From: Octopus vulgaris
Lineage: Eukaryota
Length of the DNA: 64,000 nucleotides
NCBI GenBank assembly: GCA_951406725.2
Contig: OX597819.1
Span: 108,314,001-108,378,000, forward strand
Direction: 5' to 3'
The position numbers and the translations under genes were made by a program. Shown piece by piece: positions 27,430 to 38,469 of the stretch. Position 1 is the first letter of the stretch, and the number at the start of each line of letters is the position of its first letter. The notes below the pieces were generated by a model. It ran no database searches and was not told the DNA's origin. It saw only the letters and a list, made by a program, of their open reading frames with translations.

Positions 27430-27895
27430 TTGTTTCCTTATAACTTTCAGACAATAATTATTTTTTAATGAAATTTTCTACAAATACCGTTCAGATGATG
27501 TAGATTATGATTATATTGGAATTTAATGTGAAGAAAAGAGTGGGCGCACACGCACACTTGCACGCATCACATTTTTTTTTTTTCAAAAATAACTAGTTTC
27601 AGTGTGTGTGTACGCGCGCGCTCAACAATTTTTTTCAAAACAAATTCCGATGTAATTGTAAACTACGTCATCAGAAAGGTATTATAGAAAATTTCATTAA
27701 AAAAATAGTCATTTTTCTTGAAAGTTGTGAGGAACAAAAGTTGATTTGTGTGAATTATCCAAAATTCCTATCCTCCTCCTAAAAAACTTTTCACAACAAA
27801 TTCCGAAACAATCGGAATCTGCGTCATTTGGAATGTATTCGTAGAAAATTTCATTAAAAATATCAATTTTTCTGAGAGTTAAGAGGAAACAATAT
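27430..27895. mobile_element. Palindromic MITE with about 100-bp arms plus an extra solo arm
   Basis: Arm ...AACTTTCAGA...TTTTTTAATGAAATTTTCTACAAATA... (27430-27530) is inverted at 27630-27745 and again at 27785-27895; same family at 28935-29190. Confidence 0.65.
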
Positions 27896-28033
27896 TCTGC
27901 GGGTGGCACACATGTGGAAATATGCCTGTTTTCTTTTTATTTAATCAATATTTTACTGTAAATTATGCCATCAATGACGATACAGAGATAGAAGCGCATT
28001 TCATACGCGCAACACGACAGAATACCCGTCACT

Positions 28034-28251
28034 CGTCGAGCTGGCAGAAACGTTAGCGCGTCGGGCGAAATGCTTAGCTGTATTTTGTCTGCTGCTACGT
28101 TCTGAGTCCAAATTCCGACGAGGTCGACTTTGCCTTTCATCCTTTCGGGGTCTATTAAATAAGTACCAGTTACGTTCTGGGTCGATGCAATCGACTTAAT
28201 GTGCTTGTTTGTCCTCTCTATGTTTAGCCCCTTGTGGGTAATAAAGAAATA
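28034..28251 (+). mobile_element. tRNA-derived SINE (family B) with 15-bp TSD
   Basis: TSD AGAATACCCGTCACT (28019-28033) and AGAATACCTGTCACT (28252-28266). Confidence 0.9.
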
Positions 28252-28845
28252 AGAATACCTGTCACTATCGGACCCTCGTCAGTAATTAGGGAATCACGTC
28301 TCCGAGGGAATTTCAGCTTTACCCAGATGATCATCAATGCGATTGAACAATGGCCTTCCAGTGGTTTCTCCTCCAAACTACATGATAACGTTTCACTATA
28401 ATTGGTTTATTGTCAGAAACATCTGGGAAACACACCAAAGCTGTGCTCAGTCGGTATTTTTCATTCATATGTAAAACAATAGCGAATTCCGTAACTTGCA
28501 CAAGATACGTTCTTTTAAATTTTCACACAGATAAATCATCAGTTCTTGGTCATATTGTACTGACTGAGAGAATTTAGCCTCATTATTTCACCTTAACCAT
28601 AGAATTCCTCTGTTGCAATAAGGAGACTTGGCTTCGTTATGGTTTCGTCTTTTGTGAATAGTTATGATGCAAAAGATAAGATTCAGAGAAGTCGACTATT
28701 GTTCTAAAGAAAAAGTAGACATCAGAAATTGTTTCTTTTGTAAGATTTCTAAGTATCTGCCTAAAATATATTAGAGATTTATTCACAAACTCAAGATGTT
28801 TTTGTAAAATTTCAATTTGGTAGTAACTAGATTAAGTTCACAAAA

Positions 28846-28882
28846 ATATAACTAGTGTTATCCAGGATAACACTAGTTATAT
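28846..28882. repeat. Perfect 37-bp palindrome (18-bp arms, 1-nt centre)
   Basis: ATATAACTAGTGTTATCC-A-GGATAACACTAGTTATAT. Confidence 0.95.
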
Positions 28883-28934
28883 GATCTTATTCCACTGTTC
28901 ATTTAAACGCATACATGCATAAATTGTATTACCA

Positions 28935-29190
28935 CTGACTTTCAAAAAATAGAGTTTTTTAATGAAATTTTCAACAAATATAGATTACGATTATATTGAA
29001 TTTATGTAAAAAAAATTCTGACACACATTGCATCATTTTGTGATGTATGTCAGTATTATGTTTCAGCTCATGCCCATCTTTTTTTTCTTCCACATTAAAT
29101 TGCGATATAATCGTAATCCATATCTGAAATATATTTGTAGAAAATTTCACTAAAAAATATCAATTTGTCTGAAAGTTATGAAGAAATAAA
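28935..29190. mobile_element. Palindromic MITE, same family as 27430-27745
   Basis: TTTTTTAATGAAATTTTCAACAAATA...GATTACGATTATATTG inverted as GATATAATCGTAATC...TATTTGTAGAAAATTTCACTAAAAAA. Confidence 0.65.
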
Positions 29191-29924
29191 ATCAATGGAG
29201 TATTTTTCAGTAGCTATACTTGAGGGGTAAACTTGAGCAGGTATGCCAAATTATGGACATTTTGTCGACCCGTCAAGTAAGGCTTCTTTCCCAGCTAAAT
29301 TTCCATTTTCTTTCTCTCTTTATTCATGTTCTAAGGTAACTTCCTGACATGATTCTGATCGACATCGTTCAGTGATTATCTGTGCAATAGCATTAGCTTG
29401 TGCTTCAATTTCTTCGCCATTATTTTGGCGCGTTGACTCCCCCCACCTCGCCCAAAGTGTCGTTTCTCACTGAACATAAAAAACAAACAATACAGTCAAT
29501 TCAACGTTCAATAAAATGTTTCTTTTGCTTCATTAGGAACGAATTGAAATACACGTACTTTTAAGACAGCAGTAAATTTACTTTTCAGCACAGAAATGAC
29601 AAAAACAATTTTTATGAAAACTATTTTACAGTATAAAAGACTATTTATTATTCAAGAAGATAATCTATAAAGTACCTGATAACAGATCTAAATATTACTG
29701 TTGATTACAGTCGGTGATGGAAGTGAAACATCAACGAAGTGTTTGGTAGATGTCTCTCTGGCCTTGTGGTTTTAAGCTTTTGGCAATCTTTCGATATGAG
29801 CCAAAAAAAAAATTGAAGGTAAGTTTTTGTTAGGGGTTGGACCGGATTAAGACCCAGAGATGCCCTAAGCACTTAAAAAATGTTGGTGCCTCCATATATA
29901 TACACAATTCAAAATATAAACAAT

Positions 29925-30316
29925 GGATCTTTTTGGTTTGAACGGCAGTTTTTTCTAGCGGTGTCATTGAAATTGTCACCCATAATTATGACCCTAGTAT
30001 CGATCTATTGCATTTCAATGTTTTAGGGTTAGGGGTGGGGGAAGGGTATCTTTTTTTTCTTCACAAATGTAAATAAACTCAATCTGTTTCTTAAACGAGA
30101 GACATTATTCATACAGCACAGAATGTTTTCACCTCAATAGACGTCATTGATTGGTTGAAATTGCAGAAATTGAAGGAAAAAAACAACAAATATCTTACAA
30201 ACAATAGAATTTTCTCAATAAAGCCATTAAACACATTCTACCAGTATACGAAGTTTAAAAGTGTTTAGTTACGTGGAAATTATTTTAAAAAACTGCCGTT
30301 CAAACCGAAAAGATCC
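29925..30316. mobile_element. Merlin-type MITE (392 bp) with 8-bp TSD
   Basis: 30-bp TIRs GGATCTTTT(T/C)GGTTTGAACGGCAGTTTTTT with one mismatch; perfect TSD TAAACAAT at 29917-29924 and 30317-30324; TIR resembles the end of the Merlin remnant at 32702. Confidence 0.85.
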
Positions 30317-30904
30317 TAAACAATACCATAAAATAAATTCACACTTTTCAAAATGAAAGATGGAAAATAATACTTATCTTTATATAAGACCAAGTTTATT
30401 TATTTTTTAAAAGTTTTCTCTGACTTTTTTAAAAGATATACTTTGATCAGATCCTCACTATGGTACCATGAACACTTCGAAAATATGTTTCCAATCATAT
30501 AAACCACTCTGAATATTATTTTAGCAAGTTTAAAGTGATTTCTTTTGAGCCACAATCATTTACCACTTCTGTAGTGCCTCATGGTTAATCCAGCAATGGT
30601 TAGGAGTGCCAATCAGAAAATCCTGCAGGTCGCAGTTTTTGCCCATGACTGTGTTACACTATGGTGAATAAACAAGAATTTTATGGCTGCATTCTTAAAG
30701 AAAAATAATCACAAATTACTTATATCTTGTGCACCAAAAACGGTAATTTGTTCGGGTCTGTATGAAGGTTAACGTGAAGTTTAACGTGGTAAAATAGTGA
30801 AACAAAATTGCTTTTAACAAATGGAAGTATAATGCGATAGAAACCGAAAATGACGAGAGTGACGCTTCGTATTTTCATGTAAACAATGTATGTAAAATAA
30901 CCAA

Positions 30905-31170
30905 TGTATTCAGTACACAAACAATGAAATTAAATTCGTAAATGATTTTTCAAGACTGCTAAATTTGTTTCGCCACACATGCTCATGTAGATATGTAAAT
31001 AAATCAGATGCTCACCAAGTTTCTTCTTGGTGAGCATTCATCACCCTTCTATAGATGCTGTCATCATTTGGATCAACAAAATTGAGTGAATCGTTGACAA
31101 CTTGATAAGTATAGAAGATGCTGAGATCCACATTGAAAGCCCTTCTATCAGATATCAAATGTTTCATAAA
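30905..31170 (-). pseudogene. Decayed Merlin/ISXO2-like (IS1595 DDE) transposase C-terminus
   Basis: HLISDRRAFN...YQVVNDSLNFVDPND then YLHEHVWRNKF, matching ISDxWRAY / TVNHSxNFVDP / YLxEFMWR motifs; in-frame stop near 31012. Confidence 0.65.
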
Positions 31171-31189
31171 TCGCGGGTAATATTACTGT

Positions 31190-31201
31190 CGTCACTTCCG
31201 G
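31190..31201. promoter_or_regulatory. ETS/CRE-half-site composite motif (CCGGAAGTGACG on minus strand)
   Basis: CGTCACTTCCGG, 240 bp upstream of the candidate exon at 31441; function not demonstrable. Confidence 0.25.
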
Positions 31202-31440
31202 TTTCTATCGCAATATACTTTCATTTTTAAGGACAATTTGCTTTCCATATTCACGACTCTAAACTGCATGTTAACCTGTTTTAAAGCATCATAGACTGCA
31301 AATCTACAGTTTCTTTTTGTGATACCCTTTCCCGCTCTTTTTTTTCCCCTCGTGATTTTACACTTTACTTTCTTTGAAAAATTTTTCCAATCTTTGTATT
31401 GAACATCTGAGATTATACATCCGAAGAAATTTTCGGGAAA

Positions 31441-31474
31441 ATGTCGGACCTGGAAAAATTACGGAAAAGGAAGG
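31441..31474 (+). CDS. Candidate first coding exon MSDLEKLRKRK of an unidentified plus-strand gene
   Basis: AAA-ATG context, 34 nt, strong donor AGG|GTAAGA at 31475; lies near the right edge of the CpG-richer domain; too short to identify and no partner exon found. Confidence 0.3.
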
Positions 31475-31714
31475 GTAAGAGAGATTTTTTTAATTCACAT
31501 TCTACAGTGATTAAAATGATTAGATCCGGAAGAATTACGGTTTTCTGGAGCACTAAATAATTTCCGACTCTATTCTTTAGGAATGTCCTATTTTGTCTTT
31601 TAATTAATAAAAAGGGATGAGAGACGTTAAAATGAATAATATTTTTTAGTAGAGTGGTATTTGTCAGTTTGAGAAGCACTAGTATTAGATACCCACCCAT
31701 TTATTTTTAGCATA

Positions 31715-31960
31715 TCGATCGTGGCTATTTCCAGATTTACTTTGAAACCTCTCGTTTCTAGGTTTTGCTTACACCCGTGGATTTTCTTTTCCAAATATTT
31801 CATACACGTGTGCGCGCGCATATAAGGAGAGAGATAGAGAGATAAAAACATAATGATATCGACAACGGTAGGGCTTCCTTGTTATCGAAGACGTTTCCAA
31901 GGATTCTGAAATCCTGGTGCCACTGTTGCTAAATCAATATTCAGATTTAAAGCTAGATAT
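31715..31960 (-). mobile_element. Degenerate RTE reverse-transcriptase fragment
   Basis: LEKKIHGCKQNLETRGFKVNLEIAT resembles RTE LExKxxxWKxxLExKGLRVNxxKT. Confidence 0.5.
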
Positions 31961-32104
31961 GCTAGGATTTATAGCTAAAATTAATAAAAAATATATAAAT
32001 AGATCGTGGGTTCGATCCCCAGACCGGACGGTGCGTTCTGTCCTTGAGCAAAACACTTTATTTCACGTTGCTCAAAATAGCACATTACAAATTAAATATT
32101 TTTA

Positions 32105-32702
32105 AAAAACAAACATCTCAACAATCTTCTCAGGACCACCAACCGTAACTGGATAATGGAGCAAGTCTTCCACACATATTTCCCTAACATAGCTGTTATA
32201 AATAACAGTTGTGCAATGGCTCATCCCCAGTTCTTCAACACAAAACCAGACTGAAGTCAATTCCTTAAACCACGAGAAAAGGAAAAGCACTACCTTCCTA
32301 AGAGGAAGGGTGCCACCTCCAAACCATGTGTCTTTCTTCACTGACACAGACTCCATGCACCCTTGGCACATACATCACCAATACATATTCCCACTACGTT
32401 TTCTTGTACTCATAAAATGTTTCTTTGTTTTGCATAATACTAGTCAACACATGCTTTCTTGCAGACAACAGAGTTCTCATGTTTGGCTTGTTACTATGGA
32501 AACAGACATGAACATGTCTGTGGTTTACAATTGGCTAAAAGTACCCAAAATTTTCAAACTTTAATAGCTAATAACTTTATTTATTGATTTATAGCGAAAA
32601 TGATTTGTATGGTATTGATTACCCTATAAAAGTGTACTATTACACTGAATATGAAATCAATTCAAACAGAAATTGACACTGGCTGCCAAACAGAAAAGAT
32701 CC
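32105..32702 (-). mobile_element. 5' portion of a Merlin DNA transposon (TIR plus transposase N-half), truncated
   Basis: ORF 32102-32371: CxxC..SVKKDTWF..LPLRKVVLF..ELGMSHCTTV.YNSYVREIC..VGGPEKIVE, typical of ISXO2/Merlin just before the first catalytic D; terminus GGATCTTTTCTGTTTGGCAGCCAG at 32702. Confidence 0.85.
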
Positions 32703-33469
32703 AGCTTGCTTCCCAACCACATGGTTCTGAGTTCGAGCTTATTATAACATTTTTCTTGGTCAACAATTGAAGTAAATGGCTTTGGATCATTAATATTTTA
32801 GATTTCTTGACTTTTTTCTGTATTTTTATTTATATAAGCTGACATTGTTCCTATAGCTTGTACAGTTTTATCAGAGAATTTATATTTGCAGCAACATTTA
32901 TGGTACCTTATTAAATCAAACTTTTGAAGCTTCAATTCCATTTTGTTTCATAACTTTGATTTACCATTATTCACAACACTCTTTCAGTTGCTTCAGAGTG
33001 AGGAAGTGTCAAACTTGAAATAGCTCAGTCTGGGAAATCAGTAAATGAAATATCTAGAAGCATCTTTTAATTGATAAACTTCACCCAAAAAAATTCGGTA
33101 TCAGTATTAGTCTAGTCCAACAAATGTGATTTTTGAAATAGAAATTCAGCAGCAGATATGGATTATTTTGATGCATCCAAATATGCCATCAATTTGAAAA
33201 CTGATTTGTGTTCTTTGACAAAGAACATTTCTAACAGAAAAGTAATACATTACTTAGAATTTCCAGACATTCTGATCATCTTTGTTTCAGTTATTTCAAT
33301 AAGAATAAAAGAAACTGTGGACTTCAGTTTCTAGTGTACACTTTTTCATTGTTTCTAATTTTACTATGATTTTTTAAGTCTTCAATTTTATTTTCAAAAC
33401 TAAAATCTTAGGGATTAAGACATAAATATTCTTCAATATAACAAGTCTATACATCACTCTCAGAGGCTG

Positions 33470-34260
33470 GTATGTCATGTTAAACCCATTCATGCACCTT
33501 TGACCAATCTCCTCCACACTTTCTAGTTCTCCATCATATCTTCAGCACAGTTTCTTTCATGGTTTATGTCCTCCAGAAACTGTTGCAAATATGTTCAACA
33601 AGGTCTGCTTCTTCTATCATTTGCTAGTCCCTATAGTAATAGTTAATGTAAAACTTCATCTTTTCTACACCAACAGTGTCCCATGAGCTTAACTCTGTAT
33701 TATTTGATGGTTTCTATTAATAATGGTATATTGTCATATAATATGGTGTTTGGTAAATGTTGCTCCCACAAAATTTTCTTCACTCTCCTTAACATTTTGG
33801 TATATGTTCCATTTAGCCTGCTTTCTATTACTTTCATTAGTGTCCAACATTCAGATCCATTTATCAACATGCTTTCTACAGCAGCTATAAAAAACCCTAT
33901 ATTTTATGGTCATTAAATAGATTTGTTTCTCATATTGAGGATATCTTGCTCATTGCTGACCATTCTAATTCTTTTCTCACTTCACTATCTCTCTTTGAGC
34001 TTTCTATTCCCAATCCTAAACATTTGATGTCATTTACACATTTCAAGTTTTCACTCTTTGCTAATATAATGCAGTCTTTTAGTTGATTGAAAACTATAAA
34101 CTCAGATTTATCATCATTGGTTTGTTGTTTAATATGTTTTGTAGCTTCTTCAACTCATTGACTTCCTCAATAGCTTTAGAAGTAAGAGCTATATCATCTG
34201 CATAATCTGTATCAGTAATTGTAGTTGCAGAATGACATCTGATTTTTTGAGGAGCCATTT
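33470..34260 (-). mobile_element. Decayed RTE-clade LINE RT and C-terminus
   Basis: ITDTDYADDIAL (YADD at 34193-34204), AAVESMLINGSECWTL, RLNGTYTKMLRRV, GHCW; many stops and frameshifts. Confidence 0.8.
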
Positions 34261-34499
34261 ATGGTAGATTTAGTTTATTTCCATATATGTGCTTACTATT
34301 AATGTTAAATCATCTAATAATTTGGCTTTATCAGCAGCCTTTGACACAAACAATTTATTTAAACACTGTACTTCACTGAAAATGGAATGCATAAATGATA
34401 TGCCAAGTTCTTTTCAATTGAATACATTTCATAAAGGACTTCAATAATAAAACACATTTTCAGTATTTCTCATAATTTGAAAATGGATTTTTAATTCAA

Positions 34500-34830
34500 G
34501 CCATTGGGTTATTATTCCTCCTACAGCTGGTTGAATAGATAACTACCTAGTCTTGTCACTCATGGGAATTTTTAATGGGTTTTCTCCCTCATTAATTGTC
34601 TGATATAGGTTTTTATATGCTATCTGTCCTAATGACAAGAGAGAAAACCATTTGCGTGTTTCTGATATAAGAAATTCCAAGTTTCTTGGTAGAGAGCCAG
34701 CAGGAGCATGAGACATTGCTAACTGAAGTGAATGACATATATATAATTAAAATATAAGAAGGAATTTCAAGGTACAAGTTTCTTTGAGCACTGCATATGA
34801 ATGGTGTGTGTGTATGTGTATGTACATACA

Positions 34831-34895
<65 letters not shown>

Positions 34896-35640
34896 GGGGG
34901 CAGACAGACACATACACACACAGCTAGCAGTGATAATCAGTAGCTGTATGTATATATACGTGTGTGTGTGTGCGCATGCATATTGTCTATAACAGACAAG
35001 AGAAAAAGTACTCAATACACAATGTAAAGTATGATTATATTTGATTAAAGACATATGTTACTTCGGTTTTACATATAGATGCTCATTCAGACTAGTTCTG
35101 TGTACCATAATGAAATGTTCATTTACACAAGATGGCTTCAAAACCTCATTATTTCATTGGTTAACACTGACCAAAAATGTGTGCATACCACAGATCATAA
35201 TGGTATACTAATTCTCAACAGACAGAAAATATTTTTCTTATGAGGTGGCAACTTTACTTGATTTAATATCAAATTCTTGAATGAAAAATTACTGAAATTA
35301 ACAAAAATAAGCAAAAATAATAATTAGTAAAAATAATTTAGATGGACAAGATTTTCTTGTCTTGATGGTTCCAATGAAAATCCATAAGTATAGGAATTTG
35401 CTTGAAGGCTTGGAGTTGGAATTTTGTTGCATGGTAGGAGGACAGGAAAGTTTCCGCTTTTCTGTTCAAGATATACCCAGGAAGAGCTACAATCTACGCA
35501 GCAAACAAGAACTACTATAATAGTTGTATGCCTTTGATTTTGCAACAATGCTCCATTTTACCAACAGATTTTCTTTTCTGTCTTTAAGAAATAAAATATA
35601 TTTTACAAGGTATGTTATATTGCACTTATTTAAGAGTCTA
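34500..35640 (+). pseudogene. Possible piggyBac-like transposase fossil
   Basis: Scattered weak resemblances only (MTR..HLRVSD, RWTR, decayed Cys-rich tail); no clear TIR. Confidence 0.25.
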
Positions 35641-35659
35641 AGCAAATTAATGTATTCTG

Positions 35660-36605
35660 ATCAAAATCAAAATCAAAACAAATCAAAATAGATGAACATC
35701 AATGGAATTTGTATCTTTTTGGTACCAGTGCCGGTGGCACACAAGAAAACTATCCGAACGTGGCCGTAGCCAGTACCGCATCGACTGGCCTCCATGCTGT
35801 GGGCATGTAACAAACACCATCCGATCGTTCGCCAGCCTCATCTGGCACCTGTGTCGGTGGCACATAAAAACACCATCGAAGACCCGGCAAGACTAGTCAG
35901 GCCATAACCCGTGGACCCTACCTGGGACGTGCATACCTTCCTTCTTGTGACACTTGTAAAGACCTGTTGAGGCAAGTGAAAATCAAATCAAAACAAATCA
36001 AAATAGATAAACATCAATGGAATTTGTATCTATGTGGTACCAGCCTCATCTGGCACCTGTGTCGGTGGCACATAAAAACACCATCCGAAGACCCGGCAAG
36101 ACTAGTCAGGCCATAACCCGTGGTCCCTACATGGGACGTAGTCAGTCCACCTGTGCATACCTTCCTTCTTGTGACACTTGTGAAGACCTGTTGAGGCAAG
36201 TGAAAATCAAATCAAAATCAAAATCAAATCAAATCAAATCAAAATAGATGAACATCAATGGAATTTGTATCTTTGTGGTACCAGTGCCGGTGGCATACAA
36301 GAAAACCATCCGAACGTGGCCGTAGCCAGTACCGCATCGACTGGCCTCCGTGCTGTGGGCACATAACAAACACCATCCGATCGTGGCCGTTCGCCAGCCT
36401 CATCTGGCACCTGTGTCGGTGGCACATAAAAACACCCACTACACTCTCGGAGTGGTTGGCGTTAGGAAGGGCATCCAGCTGTAGAAACACTGCCAGATCT
36501 GACTGGCCTGATGCAGCCTTCGGGCTCCTCAGACCCCAGTTGAACCGTCCAACCCATGCTAGCATGGAAAGCGGACGTTAAATGATGATGATGATGATGA
36601 TGATG
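35660..36605 (+). mobile_element. Family C retroelement with three tandem iterations of its upstream module and one (GAT)n tail
   Basis: AAATCAAAATAGAT.AACATCAATGGAATTTGTATC restarts near 35680, 35995 and 36235; units differ by internal deletions. Confidence 0.85.
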
Positions 36606-37394
36606 AGTTTTGTATCAGTCCAAAATATGCTTTTACTGTGTGCTGCTGCCAGTTCTACATTTACTCTGAATACTCTTGCTTTTGGCAGTCATGCCTTCTG
36701 CAATTACATTGGAAATGGATTGTCTATTGTTCACAGATTAGTGATTAGTGATTTACATACTTTGCATTTGTATATATCATAACTTTTAAGTTGATTTCTT
36801 TCAAACTTCTGACTAGTATCTTTCTTATTTTGTAAAAACAAAAATACAGCATACAACAAACTACTTAACACAATGAAAATGTGGCTGTGCCATTATCAGG
36901 CAGTTCAATAATATTGAAGTGAAACCCAACTGCAGAATTACCCCATTTAGTGTTATAGAATTCCTTCCATCCATTTCTAAAAATATTCTTCTGAAAGCTT
37001 TAGAATTTGAGAAAAACTTATACTGTTATAACCAAAGCTAATATCAGTATCATACTGAATGCAAGAGTGTTGTTGTTATTTTAAGACAATTTTTTCTAAG
37101 GAAGACGAAGCATTTTCAAATCTAGTCAGAGGATACATACTACACACTGAAAGAAACAGTACTAGATTCACTAGTACTAGACTAAAACTTTACAAAGGTG
37201 CTGGACTTGAAGTATCACACAACATCAAAGAGCATTATATATACAAACTTAGAAATATAATCAAAAATTTTAAAGAATTCAATTTTAAAATATGATAAAT
37301 ACAAGCCCAAAGATAACAAATTTCCTCAGTGGAACTCTGAACAAAAACACCTGCATGCACCATCCCTACTATAAACCTAACAAATATATGTATA

Positions 37395-37956
37395 CGAGCT
37401 TGATTCAAAATGCCATTTTGTTTAGGACAGGTATAATTACCAACACAGGAACATGTATCATACATCAAAATGAAGCTGGTCCTCTGTGGATCACATCTCT
37501 ACTTCTCAACATAGTCACCGTTTCTCTCAATAGCAATGTTCCACCTTCGAATGAGAGCATGTATCCCTGCCCCTTAAAATTCTGTTGACTGTTCTTTGAG
37601 CCACTTCTTCACTACACTTTTCACTTCCCTTGTCACTGGAATAATGTTTGCCTCTCAAACCCTCTTTCATAGGGCTGAAGAGATGATAGTCTGAAAGCGC
37701 TAAATTATTCCAGTGACGAGGAAGTGAAAACTGTAGTGAAGAAGTGGCTCAAAGAACAGTCAACAGAATTATATGGGCAGGGATACATGCTCTCATTTGA
37801 AGGTGGAACATTGCTATTGAGAGAAACAGTGACTATGTTGAAAAGTAGGGATGTGATCCACAGAGGACCAGCTTCATTTTGATGTATGATACATGTTCTT
37901 GTGTTGGTAATTATACCTGTCCTAAACAAAACGGCATTACTTTTTGACTCACCCTC

Positions 37957-37957
<1 letters not shown>
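37395..37957. mobile_element. Palindromic mariner-derived foldback element (two transposase 3' ends in inverted orientation)
   Basis: Arms 37395-37645 and 37704-37957 are reverse complements; they encode YSSDEEVKTVVKKWLKEQSTE...WNIAIERNSDYVEK*; the spacer reads SDYHLFSPMKEGLRGKH on minus; TA on both flanks; TIR CGAGGGTGAGTCAAAAAGTAATGCC, remnant also at about 61800. Confidence 0.9.
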
Positions 37958-37995
<38 letters not shown>

Positions 37996-38059
37996 TTTTT
38001 TGCATAATGAGATAAAAAAACCAAGGCTGTGTAGATATTAGAACATTTATATATAGAAG

Positions 38060-38111
38060 GTCTTACAGCTGTTTCCAGGATATTTATTAATTATATCCTT
38101 TCATCGGAGAC
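38060..38111 (-). ncRNA. Type I hammerhead-like motif with palindromic stem III (U4C variant)
   Basis: Minus strand GTCT-CCGATGA-A-AGGATAT aattaataa ATATCCT-G-GAAA-CAGCTG-TA-AGAC; stem I GTCT/AGAC, 7-bp stem II, self-complementary ACAGCTGT. Confidence 0.55.
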
Positions 38112-38469
38112 AGTGTGAGAGGATGGTTAAGTCATAGTTTAGATGTAATACAAAATAGAGAGTGAGGTGGAGGAAAGAAAATAGATGCATGTATGGATAT
38201 TGAAGTTGTAAATCATTTTTTTAGGCAGAATGGTATATATGTAATATTCCAATGCCCTATGAGTAAAGTCAAAAAGTCCAACAGAGTTTAAAATGGGTCT
38301 TTTCAAATATAGAGTTTATACACAATGTAAGATTTCCTTATGAATAAGATCCAGCCGTTTTTAAACTTGGTCATTCCAAGTAGAGAATTTATATACAGTG
38401 TTGCAGAGTCAAAGGTTTTTATTTAAAGTGACCTAAAAATAGTGTGTGTGTGTGTATATATATATATAG

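Larger units (their letters stand above)
27950..29480 (-). pseudogene. Highly decayed hAT (Buster/Charlie, GTF2IRD2-like) transposase, interrupted by a SINE and a MITE
   Basis: Ordered minus-strand fragments: GGSQRAKIMAKKLKHKL, LAGKEALLDG..KC, LSVSTI*PRTDDLS, TD*AQL, GETTGRPLFNRIDDHL, SLITDEGPIVTG, colinear with LSxxTVxRRI / DxAQL / TTG / TDGAPxMxG motifs. Confidence 0.55.

Noticed and set aside
30022-30040. TTAGGGTTAGGG telomere-like motif
   Set aside because: Only two units and internal to the Merlin-type MITE
35660-36460. Recurrent short motifs (TGGCAC, CCATCCGA) with spacers, superficially CRISPR-like
   Set aside because: Eukaryotic retroelement modules; spacers repeat and lengths are irregular; no cas genes
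37676-37702. CTGAAGA...GAAAGCGCTA hammerhead-like string in the foldback spacer
   Set aside because: No stem I pairing; the sequence is explained as the antisense of the mariner SDYHLF coding motif
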